From NCBI RefSeq assembly GCF_001194135.2, contig NC_068993.1, positions 18,931,967 through 18,995,966 on the forward strand: a stretch of DNA of 64,000 nt, in the 5' to 3' direction. Under the pieces are notes generated by a model. It worked only from the letters and a program-made list of their open reading frames with translations, made no database searches and was not told the origin of the DNA. A program made the translations under genes and the position numbers. This document shows, piece by piece, positions 14,174 through 27,422 of this stretch. The stretch comes from Octopus bimaculoides. Taxonomy: Eukaryota. Each line of letters starts with the position of its first letter. Positions within the stretch are counted from its first letter, which is position 1.

Positions 14174-14588
14174 GGCGCAGGAGTGGCTGTATGGTAAGTA
14201 GCTTGCTTACCAACCACATGGCTCCGGTTTCAGTCCCACTGCATGGCACCTTGGGCAAGTGTCTTCTACTATAGCCTCGGGCCGACCGAAGCCTTGTGAG
14301 TGGATTTGGTAGACGGAAACTGAAAGAAGCCCGTCGTATATATGTATATATATGTGTGGGTGTTTGTGTGTCTGCGTTTGACTCCCCACACCCCCTCAAC
14401 ATCGCTTGACAACCGATGCTGGTGTGTTTACGTCCCCGTAACCTAGCAGTTCGGCAAAAGTGACCGATAAAATAAGTACTAGGCTTACAAAGAATAAGTC
14501 ATGGGGTCGATTTGTTCGACTAAAAAAAGGCGGTGCTCCAGCATGGCCGTAGTCAAATGACTGAAACAAGTAAAGGTGTAAAAGAGAG
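14174..14588 (+). mobile_element. SINE family A, full length
   Basis: tRNA-like head ggcgcaggagtggctgt..ggtaag, central (TA)/(TG) tract, and tail ctgaaacaagtaaagg..taaaagag. Confidence 0.85.
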
Positions 14589-15024
14589 TAATGTTGTTTT
14601 TATTGATGTTGTTGTTGATATTGTTGTTGTTGTTGATGTTGTTGATGTTATTTACGCTTTTGCTAATGTTGATGTTGATATTGAAGTTGTTCCTGTCGTT
14701 GATGATGTTGTTGATGTTACTGATGTGCTTGTTACCTCCGCCTTAGCGAAGGCGCAGGTATTGTTTTCAGTCGTCTTTGTTTATTTGTTTGACCGTGGAC
14801 AAGATATCTCAAGAACCACTGAATGGATTCAAATGAAACTTCCAGGAATGTTTGGCCTCGTGACTGGCACAAACTGATTAAATTTTGGGATCAATCCGAT
14901 ACCGGACAAGGATTCTGGATTATTTTCCCAGTTTTTTTTTTGGGGGGGGGGGTTAATTTTTGAGAGCGGTCGAGTTCATTTTTAGTATTCTCGTTTGTGA
15001 GAGCAGTCGAGTTTATTTCAGATA

Positions 15025-15034
15025 NNNNNNNNNN
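15025..15034. other. Assembly gap (10 N) flanked by a duplicated ~47-nt sequence
   Basis: The same atttttagtattctcgtttgtgagagcagtcgagtttatttcagata lies on both sides of the gap. Confidence 0.9.
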
Positions 15035-15191
15035 ATTTTTAGTATTCTCGTTTGTGAGAGCAGTCGAGTTTATTTCAGATATTCCCATTTTAAAAATCAT
15101 CGCTGGTTAATCGTCGAGAGGACGTTGGTGTTGTCTTGGCGGAGGTTTGCACTCTCTGGGTGTTTTTGTTATTATTGCTGTCGTTGTTAAG

Positions 15192-15640
15192 TAGGCGAGG
15201 TGGCATAATCGTTAGGACACCGGACAAAATGTTTAGCGACATTTCATTCGTTTTTACGTTCTGAGTTCAAACGCTACCGAGGTTGACATTGCATTTCATT
15301 CTTTCGGGGTCGATAAGAAATAAGTACCAGTTAGGTACTGTGGTCAATGTAATCGACTAGCCCCCTCCCACCAAATTTCAGGCCTTATGCCTATAATAGT
15401 AAGGATATTACTACTGTTCTTGTTGATATTGCAGTTGATGTACAAAGTGGTGAGCTGGAAGAATCGTTAGCACGCCGAGCAAAATTTTTAGTGACCTTTT
15501 GTCCATCTTTACGTTGTGAGTTCAAATTCCACCCAGATCGACTTTGCCTTTCATCCTTTCAGGGTCAACCGAATAAGAACCAGTTGGAGGCTCCTCGCTC
15601 TCCGAAATTTGCTGACCTTCTGTCAAAATTTGAAACCAAT
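15192..15640 (+). mobile_element. Two diverged SINE family B copies in tandem
   Basis: Heads ggcgaggtggcataatcgttagg (~15194) and ggtgagctggaagaatcgttagc (~15450), each followed by the ttcatcctttc.gggtc core. Confidence 0.7.
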
Positions 15641-16395
15641 ATTGCTGTTGTTATTATTGTTGTAATAACTGCTTATGTTGCTGCAGTTATAAACTTTTGT
15701 TGTTGCTGCTGCTACTGATGCAGTTTTGCTGCCGTTGTTTGTGATGTTGCTATTATTAGTTAACTATATAAATAGCCCTGTTATTCTTTCTGCTCTTCTT
15801 GTAATTTGTAATTGATGATGATGGAAGAGGAAGAATGATGACGACTGTATCACCGATGACGATGATGGCGATGATGATGATGATGCTAACGTTGCTATAG
15901 CTGCTGATGATGTTGTTGTTGTAAAGGATTTAATTAATATTTTCTCTTTTGAAACCTGAAGCCATATTAATTGGATGGAGCTGGAATTGAAACTGAATTA
16001 GTTAAATGACCATGAAACACAATATTGCTGATGGTTAATTGCTTCTGTCCTTTGTAGCATTTTAATGATGATGATGATGATAATAATGATGGTGATGCTG
16101 ATAATTTAATACTACAGTAATGATGATGATGATGATGATATTCTTAATAATACTGATAATATTATTTTCGTCTTCATTTGGTATAATATTTGAATGCGCA
16201 TGTGGATGTACACAGTTATGTGAAAACGGGGATAGACGGGGCCAAAAGCTACACAATGTAATATAGCATTGAAAATTTTGATAAAATGCAGATAAAAATT
16301 CACAAAATTCCATTCAATAAATGCATACAAACGTACATGCTTGTATTCTTTCTTTTCTTTCATTCATACATAAGTACATACATACATGCATGTAC

Positions 16396-16444
<49 letters not shown>

Positions 16445-17094
16445 NNNNNNNNNNNNNNNNNNNNNNNNNNNNNNNNNNNNNNNNNNNNNNNNNNNNNNNN
16501 NNNNNNNNNNNNNNNNNNNNNNNNNNNNNNNNNNNNNNNNNNNNNNNNNNNNNNNNNNNNNNNNNNNNNNNNNNNNNNNNNNNNNNNNNNNNNNNNNNNN
16601 NNNNNNNNNNNNNNNNNNNNNNNNNNNNNNNNNNNNNNNNNNNNNNNNNNNNNNNNNNNNNNNNNNNNNNNNNNNNNNNNNNNNNNNNNNNNNNNNNNNN
16701 NNNNNNNNNNNNNNNNNNNNNNNNNNNNNNNNNNNNNNNNNNNNNNNNNNNNNNNNNNNNNNNNNNNNNNNNNNNNNNNNNNNNNNNNNNNNNNNNNNNN
16801 NNNNNNNNNNNNNNNNNNNNNNNNNNNNNNNNNNNNNNNNNNNNNNNNNNNNNNNNNNNNNNNNNNNNNNNNNNNNNNNNNNNNNNNNNNNNNNNNNNNN
16901 NNNNNNNNNNNNNNNNNNNNNNNNNNNNNNNNNNNNNNNNNNNNNNNNNNNNNNNNNNNNNNNNNNNNNNNNNNNNNNNNNNNNNNNNNNNNNNNNNNNN
17001 NNNNNNNNNNNNNNNNNNNNNNNNNNNNNNNNNNNNNNNNNNNNNNNNNNNNNNNNNNNNNNNNNNNNNNNNNNNNNNNNNNNNNNNNNNNNNN
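16445..17094. other. Assembly gap flanked by (TA)n. Other gaps: 22982-23103, 36701-36900, 39458-40094, 41537-42090, 49029-49108, 55770-56568
   Basis: Runs of N, most bordered by (TA)n or (CA)n. Confidence 0.98.
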
Positions 17095-17126
<32 letters not shown>

Positions 17127-17174
17127 ACATATATATATATATGTGTGTGTGTGCATGTGTGAATGTATGTATGC

Positions 17175-17450
17175 ATGGAAGATGGATAGGAAGACCTCTG
17201 GATCGTTCACTGTGGACGAAAGTAGTACATGACGGAAAGTGAGAATTCGATCAAAATCGTACAAAGCATGAATGAAGAGCTCAAAAGACATGTTTGTCAG
17301 TGTCTCCCATGGAATTTGCCTGATTATGTTGGCGCACAGCTCACTTTAATGTGTAACGACCGTAGGCGTCTTCGTCTCAGTAAAGCAGGCTTTAGAAGTC
17401 ATCAGAAAAGCCAACTACATACAGGTAGCATGGAGAGTCTGGTAAAATAG
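17175..17450 (+). mobile_element. RTE-clade LINE 3' end remnant
   Basis: DRSLWTKVVHDG followed by CNDRRRLRLSKAGFRSHQK, resembling the C-terminal DR..W / CxxCxRxCxSxxGLxSH region of RTE ORFs. Confidence 0.55.
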
Positions 17451-18379
17451 GTGCGTTAGAAGGCAGGCCAAATCAAAATATCATATCAAAGCACACACAC
17501 ACACACACACACATCACAATGCATTTTGTCTACACTTTCTATGATTTAATTGGCATAATATAAGCAACAGCAACTGCTGCCACTACTACTAATATTACTG
17601 CTGCTGCTGCTACTACTACTACTACTAATAATAATAATGGTTTCAAATTTGGACACAACGTCAGCAATTTTAACTGGTGCTTATTTTACCAACCCCAAAA
17701 GGATGAACGGTGAAGTCGATCTCGGCGGAATTTGAACTCATCCTTAGGTTAAACTAAAACCATATGTAAAGTTTAATAATTTCAATTTCAATATTTTTTA
17801 ATGAAATACTTTAATCGAATATGCTTTATTGCTAATTTTGAATACAACTACTTCTCAAACCATCTACTGCTCAAATCATCTTTTGTTCTACTTCCTATCT
17901 TTAACTTTAAACTTAGATTCACTTCTGTGACACTTCCTCTCCGTAGTCTAACTTACGCTGTTATGACAGTATTTTTATACCAATAATAGTTAAAACAAAA
18001 CTGACATGAGCAACATATTGTCTATAGTAAGGAAACACACCGTAATGCTTTTAAATTTCATTATTTTATAACTAATGATTTTTCTTATAGATACTTATAT
18101 GTCATTGAATGATTTTAACTTATTTCAGTATTCATTTCGATCTTGCTTATAAATGTGTAAAATCTTTTTTAACCATATTTTCTGCTTCCTTTTCATTCTT
18201 TATTGTTTTATAAATTTCGACCTTTATTTGAAAGTTAGGAAAAAACGTATTGGAAAATGTCTCTTTTATATAAAAAAAAGTATGTTGATTTATTACATAA
18301 AAGGCATCATTAGGAAGCCATGCATATAATATTTTCAATTTGGTGCTGAATAAATTTGACAGTAAAAGAAACACCATAT

Positions 18380-18900
18380 TGTTACACTTAGTATATACCA
18401 CCCAAAATTTGACAATAGCTACAAAGAAGAAAGGCTTTATGAAATCAGAAAACTATTATAAAATACCCACTGTGGGGATGCAAAAATATCTAGTGAGGGA
18501 TTATGGAAGACGAATACAAATGGTTACAATGATAGACAAAATACAAAAGAGAAAGATTCTTGATTGCAGCAATAATTTAAAGTTTTCTTATCGGAAAACA
18601 TTAAAAGCATGTAATGAGTCAGAATATATGATGTGTCTAGAATATTTAGAAGTGATATGAAATTCAAGAATAATATAGAATTGTATGTATTTCTGGAAGA
18701 CAGTTGTAATACTGAATTCAGAAGTAGGTACTGTGTGAGCTGGTGGTATTCATATGAATTGCAGCGTTTGCAAAGTGATTTTCTATTACCAATTCTATTT
18801 TGCATGGCTCTTATTCCCCTAAGTAAGCTGTTAAATGACACAAGACCGAAAGTAAGAACGATTAATCAATCACCTCCTTCATATGCCTCGTGAAAGGAGG
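18380..18900 (+). mobile_element. R4/Dong-like non-LTR reverse transcriptase remnant
   Basis: QSDFLLPILFCMALIPLSKLLNDT (cf. QGDSLSPLLFCLALIPLS.LL), preceded by a degenerate MIDK..KRKILDC..YRK region. Confidence 0.65.
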
Positions 18901-19810
18901 TTTAACAACTGTAAAGGCTTTATATGTTTAACAACTGTAAAGGTCATGCCGTCTGCTAGAAGCAGCAGCCAAATATATTCCTAACACTCTACTACCTTAG
19001 AAGTGACACATCAAATGAAGCTGTAAGAGATGTGCTCTGCCAAAGACAAAGACGGAATTGTCATGGTCGAACTGCTTTTGACGTCCGCCCAGCAGGGTCG
19101 TCTTTGGGTTAATCTACCACTACCACAGCAACCGCCATCACCACAACCACCATCACAGCTACAACGACGACAACAACAACTACAACAATTACAAATTTCA
19201 TTTCCAGGCGAAGAATAGCAAACATTGTAAATGAGAACGATGTTGTTTGGCTCAAAACTAAATAGAGGAATTCGGTGCATAAAAAGTTGAGAAAATGGAG
19301 CTTCCAGAATTGTTATATTTGGGAAGAGCCATAATTGATAAAGTCTATAAATACACTCACCAGTTGTTACTTGTCTATATTTTACTTCCCCCACTTTTTT
19401 TTTTTAGCAAATCAGTTGTTTGTTTATGCCCCTTCTATAATTCATTACCACATCATTCTGTAGCTTTCTTAGTATGTATACACTTTTTCTTTTGAATGCT
19501 CGGTATTTAGTTTACAATCATTTAATCTTTGTAGTTGATAAACGTCTATGTTGTAACGAAAAATGTTTTTAGGGACGTATCAAGCATCAGCTGTTTGGAA
19601 GAAGAAATAGAAGTGAAATATAGACTTGAAACAAACTGTGAGACTTTATTATTCATGAATATTCCTGGATATAACAATACTAATAACACAACTAATAAGG
19701 TAAACGAGTACAGACAACGTCCACTGACAGCAAGAACTTAACAATACTAATGGCAATAAGTTAAACAGAAGCAGCATATATAATTGCTTTAGAAGAGTCA
19801 ACTGTCAATA

Positions 19811-20274
19811 CTTTTCTACTCTAGGGACAAGGCCCGAAATTTTTGGGGAGGGGGAGCCAGTCGATTAGATCGACCCCAGTAAGGAACTGGTACTTAATTT
19901 ATCGACCCCGAAAGGATGAAAGGCAAAGTCGACCTCGGCGATTTGAACTTAGAATGTAACGGCAGACGAAATATCGCTAAGCATTTCGCCCGGTGTTCTA
20001 ACGTTTCTTATTTCTTTATCGCCCACAAGGGGCTATACACACAGAGGAGACTGACAAGGACAGACAAATGGATTAAGTCGATTATATCGACCCCAGTGCG
20101 TAACTAGTACTTATTTAATCGACCCCAGTGCGTAACTAGTACTTATTTAATCGACCCCGAAGGATGAAAGGCAAAGTCGACCTCGGCGGAATTTGAACTC
20201 AGAACGTAGCGGCAGATGAAATACCGCTAAGCATTTCGCCCGGCGTGTTAACGTTTCCGCCAGCTTGCCACTAT
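19811..20274 (-). mobile_element. Dimer of two SINE B subfamilies within one 15-bp TSD
   Basis: Two heads and cores with different tails. TSD agtcaactgtcaata at 19796-19810 and 20275-20289. Confidence 0.8.
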
Positions 20275-20835
20275 AGTCAACTGTCAATATTGGCGCAGAC
20301 CAGATATTATTCTTTATTCGTGTCATAACTAATGATCCCTAATGATCTCGTTTTCGATGGGTCATCCCGTTATTCACTTTACAAAACATATTGGGAACTT
20401 TAATTTTGGGGCATAGGCAGAAGTGTTAGAGAGTCGGATTCAAAAATATTTTCCAGTATTTCTTCTATCTCTATATTATGGGTTCAAATCTTGCCGGGGT
20501 CTTTCTCTCCGCGTCGATAAAATAAAATACCTGTCAAGTATTAAGGTCAATGGCATCGACCAAATCCCCTACCCGCAAAATTACAAGCCCTGTGCGAAAA
20601 TCTGAATGCATTATTATAATTATTGTTTTCGAATCTTATCACAAGGCCAGTGACTTCGGAGGAGGGGTTTAATCAATCACATCAGCCAGTGTTTAACTGG
20701 TACTTATTTCATCGATTTCCGAAAGGGACTTACTTTATTGATTCCCGTAAAGATGAGCAAAATGCCAGCTCGTCGCCTTCAAGTATTCTTATGAGTATTA
20801 AAAAGAAATTATTGTAATATTTAAAGCTAGATGAA

Positions 20836-21033
20836 GGCGGCTTGGCTTGCTGGCGAAATGCCTAGCGGTATTTTGTCTGTCTTTACGTTCAGAGTTCAAA
20901 TTCCGCCGATGTCGACTTTGCCTTTCATCCTTTCGAGGTCGATAAATTAAGTACCAGCTGCGCACTTGGGTCGCTCTAATCGACTGGCCCCCTCCCTGAA
21001 AATTTCAGGCCTTGTGCTTAGAGTAGAAAAGAA
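20836..21033 (+). mobile_element. SINE family B, full length (more diverged copies at ~20420-20600 + and ~20625-20790 -)
   Basis: Head, B box gagttcaaattcc, core gtcgactttgcctttcatcctttcgaggtcgataaattaagtaccag and tail tagagtagaaaagaa. Flanks repeat tatttaaag(c/t)tagat. Confidence 0.85.
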
Positions 21034-22945
21034 TATTTAAAGTTAGATATTTTGAGAAAAGCATCTTCATTCAATTCCTAAGAAGTAACCGTTGTTACCC
21101 GTTTTATTTGTACGTGTAATTGTATATCTATTTCAATATTTACTTTCTTATAACTTAGTAGTACGATATTCGAAGGTTAACGATGAACTGTCAGTGTCAG
21201 TAGAACGTCGGATATAATGCCTTGTGGTATTTGTTCTGACGCCCTAAATTCGAATCACGCCGATATCAGCTTTGCTTTTTATTTAGGGTGCATAAATAAA
21301 TACCAATCAAATACTAGGTCAATTAATTGCCCTCCCTCACTTGCCACTCTCTCCCTTTCCCCTCTCTCTCAGATCTAGCTATGTTGCGTCATGAGGTGTG
21401 TTGTAAGAGATCGCTCAGAATTGGAGAGGGGCTTACGTGTATTAGACCCTTCTTCTCATAGAGAAACGGGTATGCCACTGGAATCGCCCAAAACTGACCG
21501 ATATGCATGAATATTTGAAACGAAAATAGTGTTATTGAAAAAGAGATGTTTCTTCTGTGGTAGTCTCACTTTTCTTTATCCAACCTCTGTTCTGTAATTA
21601 CATGTAATGCAATAATACTCTTCCTATATCAGTATTTTTATATATTTGATTCTGGCCCGAAACTTTTATTAGATATCTTTTGGGCAAGAATACTTATATT
21701 TTTAACTAAAATAAAAATTCAATCATGATAATTTAAACCCTCATGCGAAGAAACACAAATTAAAAGCGGGGTTATGATAAAAAAATATCTTTTATAAAAA
21801 GTAAATTTAATTTTCGTAATTAAAAATTGAAAAATGCTATAATAAAATGTTTTTTAACAACGAAAAACGTAAAGTAATTAAAGAAGTAATTTCAATGCTT
21901 AAAAATGAAAAATATAACTTATTTTTCAAATTGGAAATAATTAAAACAAGATTATTGTAAAAATTTCAATTTTGCGGAAATGAAAATTAATGTTTCTATT
22001 TAAAAATTAAAAAGTATTATAATAAAAATTTGCATTACCCAACAAGGGAAAATAATGTTTTTAATTAAAAAAATTTTTTAAAGTCTATAATGAAAATTTG
22101 TATTGCCCCGGGAAAGGCAATTTATTTTCCAAATTAAAACAAAAGGTTATATGGAAAATTTTGTTTTTATAAGGAAAGAAAAATTAAAAAATATGTATAG
22201 GAGCGAGTATTGCTATATATATATAATTGATAGCGTTTTTATTCCTTCGCTTTCTTCTCTCCTCTTTATTTCTCCCTATATACAAGAATTTACATTGAAA
22301 ATGGCCAAAAAATATATTAAAATTAAATAGATATATAAATGGTATATCATAAAAAATTTGTTAGGGATCAATATTCTATTGCATGTTAATGAATACTCTA
22401 CGACAAACCGTTAGTTTCAGGGCACAACTACGCTTGAATTTTAGAGCTTTCTGTAAACAAAGTAAATATTTTATTCCCCACTCAAACTCGAGGAAGGACT
22501 TTTAATGCCCGAAGGACTTATATGCCATGAAGTACGTTAATTAAAAAATATTTTTGTTACATATTGTTAGAATTTTTTTTATGTCTAATTAATTATATTG
22601 TAATAAATTTTATTCTTTTGTGCAAACACACTGAATATGTAGATACACAACACTCGAATAGCACAAATGTAAGAACAAAACCCATAAGAAACAAAACCTT
22701 GTACAAAGAAATAAAATGGCAGAATTTTCTATAAGCTTGTGAACCTAAACGTTGTGTTCGAATGCGCACCACCAATGACATGTGCAGAAAATCAGCAATT
22801 GCCATACTGTGGCCAAGGTCGCTGTATCCACTGACACGCCTTCGGGTTAATAATGGACTTTGATGAAAATGTGATATTCCCAGCTTGTAATTCAGCAAAC
22901 TACAACATTGTTGAATATACAGTATGCTCCTCGACTCGACGTGGC

Positions 22946-22981
<36 letters not shown>

Positions 22982-23155
22982 NNNNNNNNNNNNNNNNNNN
23001 NNNNNNNNNNNNNNNNNNNNNNNNNNNNNNNNNNNNNNNNNNNNNNNNNNNNNNNNNNNNNNNNNNNNNNNNNNNNNNNNNNNNNNNNNNNNNNNNNNNN
23101 NNNNGTATATATATATGTATGCATATATATATATATATATATGTATGTATATGCA

Positions 23156-23191
<36 letters not shown>

Positions 23192-23251
23192 TGTATATAT
23201 ATGAGGTTCTCGAATTGTAAATGACCTTTACTCATTTGATTAAGTATTGAG

Positions 23252-23625
23252 GTGGAGGCGCAATGGCCCAGTGGTTAGGGCAGCGGACTCGCGGTCATAG
23301 GATCGCAGTTTCGATTCCCAGACCGGGCGTTGTGAGTGATTATTGAGCGAAAACACCTAAAAGCTCCATGAGGCTCCGGCAGGGGATGGTGGCGAACCCT
23401 GCTGTACTCTTCCACCACAACTTTCTGTTTCTGTTGTGCCTGTAATTCAAAGGGTCAGCCTTGTCACACTCTGTCACGCTGAATATCCCCGAGTACTACG
23501 TTAAGGGTACACGTGTCTGTGGAGTGCTCAGCCACTTGCACGTTAATTTCACGAGCAGGCTGTTCCGTTGATCGGATCAACTGGAACCCTTGACGTCGTA
23601 AGCGACGGAGTGCCAACGACAACAA
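23252..23625 (+). mobile_element. SINE family C, with 11-bp TSD
   Basis: Same head and tail as the 12853 copy. TSD taagtattgag at 23241-23251 and 23626-23636. Confidence 0.9.
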
Positions 23626-24749
23626 TAAGTATTGAGACCTGTTCATTCAGTGTTGACCAAAGATATAACACAACCTAACATCAATGTCATCTAATCTTGC
23701 AGGAGAGTAATGATCTATGGCTTGAATTTGCCTATATTCATGTTACGTCTTTAAGTGAAAGTCGAAATTTCCATTGGTTATTAAAAAAAAAAACGTTTGG
23801 TACTTATGATATTCCTTTAAAACTCAGCCGTATATATACACAAGCAGACACCTTGACACACGCATAGATATACACATAGATATAAACATACACATACAAC
23901 ATGTATTGAATTAAGGTTATTGTTTTAAAATGAGTTTAAGAATAACGATGGAACATTTTCTGATTAGAAAACTCAATAGCTAAAGTAGAGTCTAAGTCGC
24001 AGTAAAATTATCTGGGCTTTTAAGTCTTGTTTAACGGTTTCGCCAAGCGAAACCTAGAATTCCTGTAAATACAAATTTATGTCCACACACACACACACAC
24101 GTGTGTGTATGTGTGTGTACTCGCTCGAGCATGCATACGAACACACACAAAAGCATACCTGCATGCAGACGCATACAAATCTTACAAATATTCACACACA
24201 TATATTCAGTCTCAGTGTCTTGTTTCTACTGCAGTAAAGTATGTTATATTCACACTCTTCCGTTGCAGTACAGCAGCTTCATGTCTTTATTAATTAATTT
24301 GTAAAACCTGCCTTAACATTCTAGAAGAGCTGTTATTCTATAATAATACACTGTTTATGAGTTTTACTTGTTTGTGTTCCTGGCAAATATATATTGTGTA
24401 GATCAAATCGATTTAAAATTCTGTTACTTAGCAATGTTTTCTACTTTACTTAAATTACAATTTATTACATTAAATGTTAATGTAATTACTGAGATAGATA
24501 AATTATATTAATCTATTTTAGTGTAGGTTGTATATTGCTTAATTTACTGTACACACACACATACACACACATATATGTACATATACGTATACACCCACAT
24601 ACATATATATTTCTTTCTCTGTCTCCCCTTCCTCTTTATATTGGGATAACATTAGGTATCATATTTTCTCTACCCTTACTTTCTTTGTCGAGTTTTCTAA
24701 ATGAACGAATTCATTTGTGTCAACTTTCGCATTGCATTTTGGTTGTACA

Positions 24750-25170
24750 ATTTTTCATGGCTGTGTTGGTTAGGAATCTCGCTTTACAAACTACGAGGTT
24801 TCGGGTTCAGTTCCACTGCGCAGAACCATTGGCAAGTGTCTTCTACTATATCCCAGGTCCGACCAGTGCCATGTGAGCGCATCTGCTGCTTTGTAAAAAG
24901 CTCGTCGTATACACTCACACACATACACACGTATGTGTATGTTAGGTGTGTATGTGTGTATTTTTATCTCAGCACTACTACAGTCACCACTACCACCACC
25001 ACCATCGCTTGGAACCGGTGTTCGTTTACGCCCTCGTAATTTAGCGGTTCAGCCTAAAAGATCGATAGAATAAGTTTTAGACTTAAAGATAACTTGCGGA
25101 GTTGATTTTGTTCCACTGAACCATTCAAGGCGATGCCCTAGTATGGTCGTAGTCCAATGAGTGGAGTAAG
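24750..25170 (+). mobile_element. SINE family A, diverged
   Basis: ggctgtgttggttagg..gggttcagttccactg..ggcaagtgtcttctactata, a central CA/TG tract, and a right arm ending ccctagtatggtcgtagtccaatga. Confidence 0.65.
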
Positions 25171-27055
25171 AAAATAATATGTAAAATGATTTCTGCATTT
25201 TTTTTTTGAAGTGAGAACAAGCTTAACATTATTTGAATGTTATAAAAGTCAGCATTACCTTCCTGAATGCAGAATTGTTTCTTTCGCGATGCTTGCCATT
25301 GTTGCTACCTGGGGGATGGTGGTACAGTTGAGACATTAATAATGCTCATATTGCAGTTTTGCCTTGATATTTCTGTTAACATGAGTGCATAGAGAATTCA
25401 CCTTCACGGAATTGTTAATCTATTTAGGTCTAAACATTCGCTTCTGTGAAAATGTTTTTGGTTCTCCATTTTTTGGTTTGTCAGTTTTTACCATTTTAAC
25501 ATTTGTCAGATATAATGTTATTGTGAACGGTAAGCATGAAGTTCCTTTTAAGAACTGTTCTCTGGACCATTGTTCTCCTGTCATTTTCTGTTTCCATTCA
25601 TCAATAAAGTTTTTAGGTACCGATTGTTTCTTTAGAACAGAAACACATTGAATATAAACTGGCTGCTCTGTGTCTTGCATATCTGATACATAGTTTGGAC
25701 AATTTCCTAGAATCGCATCCTAAAATGGCGGACGATACATTCAACCAAAAATTTATTAGAATTATCTCTCGATATATCATTTTCTATACATTAAGAAAAT
25801 AAATGTTCCTCTATAGGCACTCAAACAGTAATGAATAAATAAGCAAATAAATACGAAAATTCACTAAATTACCCATTCAAAATTATTCATGCGTGCGCAT
25901 GTATGTGTTCGTGGTTGCATTTGCATGTGTGTGCTTCCTGGCTGTTTGTGTGTATGTGTGTTTCTACGTGATTGTGGGTGCTTGTATGTGTATGTATGTG
26001 TATGTGTATGCGTGTGTAAGTGTTTATGTGTGTATGTGTGTCTGTATGTACGTATGTGTGTATGTGTATATTTGTATGTATCTATAATGAGCTCTGTGTA
26101 ATATAGAAAATGTTCTGATTTATTCATTTAATTACTTATTCTTGTCTGAGAATCACTAAGGGAGAGTATTAAACTGTAATAAAGGCAAAGACGGACAATA
26201 GATTTTTAGCAGATCACACCGACGGCTATTTAATGATGTAATTCTGTGAAATTGTATGTAGTTAGCTCACATAAGATTCAATCTACTCTTAATAACCATA
26301 TCATTAGGTCAAGCGAAGCGTTTTTAAGTTTATATATTTTTTTGTCGGTATGCTTAGTTCATTTTCTTCACTTGTATAGCACTGTTTATATGCTCAAAAT
26401 TTCCAATTCTTCTTCCTTCAGGATCAATCAAACGCACAGAAAATCGTCGCTGTGGGCCTTCTGAGTACAAAACAACAGACAGAATTAATTATTACACTTA
26501 ATTAGAAGTGTTCAAGATGATATTTTCTGCTTGGCGCATTTAATTTTTTGTATTGTTTCTTTACCAATAATGCCAGTAATATTTTTCTGGTTATTTTATC
26601 CTATTTCATAACAACTAACATAGCCGCAGTGCTACAAATATTTGAAGTAATGTATATAGCTAACTTTATCGACCGGCCCAGTAATTGACTGGTTGCTTTT
26701 CTAAGCATGAAAAGCGAAGTTAACAAGGTTGGATTTAAACTCAGAATATAACCATATGTGACTAGATACTACAAATCATCTTGTAAAATACTCTCTTGAT
26801 TCTGGTTTTGTTTTTATCGCTGTTTTCCTGTTTCATTATACTGCCACTTATTCCGAATGGAAATTTATATTGACGATATTCGTCTTCATTATACGTCTCA
26901 TTTCGTATTTTGAGTTCTGCAGTAAACCAAGGAGGCTTCTGCTCTTCAGACAGCAGCACAAACATTACAGTTCTATATTTAAGAGATGAAGAATTATGTA
27001 CCTTGTCTACATTATTTACAATTGACGGATATTTGTCCTCATCTTATTTGTTGTT

Positions 27056-27101
27056 AACACAACGTTTCGGCTGATATATCCTCCAGCCTTCATCAGGTGT
27101 C
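27056..27101 (-). ncRNA. Minimal type I hammerhead ribozyme motif
   Basis: Minus strand: gacac-CUGAUGA-a-ggcug[gaggauauau]cagcc-GAAA-cg-UU-guguu. Activity untested. Confidence 0.6.
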
Positions 27102-27376
27102 ATGGAGAAATTTCGAACCTGGGTTCTCATTCCTAAGGTATTTTTCGATGTTATTATTATTATTATTATTATTATTCTGGTCACTGCCTGGAATCGGACT
27201 CGGAATCTTGGGGTTAGCAGCCCGCGCTCTAAGCCACTTGTTGTTAAGAGAGCGGGTCCACTAACCCCAAGATTCTGAGTTCGATTCCAGGCAGCGACCT
27301 GAATAATAATAATAATAATAATAATAACATCGAAAAATACCTTAGGAATGAGAACTTAGATTCGAAATTTCCCCAA

Positions 27377-27422
27377 GACACCTGATGAAGGCTGGAGGGT
27401 ATATCAGCCGAAACGTTGTGTT
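27377..27422 (+). ncRNA. Minimal type I hammerhead ribozyme motif
   Basis: gacac-CUGAUGA-a-ggcug[gaggguauau]cagcc-GAAA-cg-UU-guguu. Stem I gacac/guguu, 5-bp stem II, palindromic AACGUU in the stem III position. Confidence 0.6.

Noticed and set aside
14978-15081. 47-nt direct repeat
   Set aside because: It flanks a 10-N gap, the typical signature of overlapping contig ends.
21690-22340. Possible NUMT
   Set aside because: No recognisable mitochondrial rRNA, tRNA or protein motif.
23254-23330. tRNA genes (heads at 23254, 14174, 54851 and others)
   Set aside because: The tRNA-like segments continue into SINE bodies with TSDs, and I could not identify complete acceptor stems.
25511-25530. Plus-strand 20-nt micro-exon candidate (tttgtcag|atataatgttattgtgaacg|gtaagc)
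   Set aside because: No other plus-strand exon or recognisable peptide supports it.
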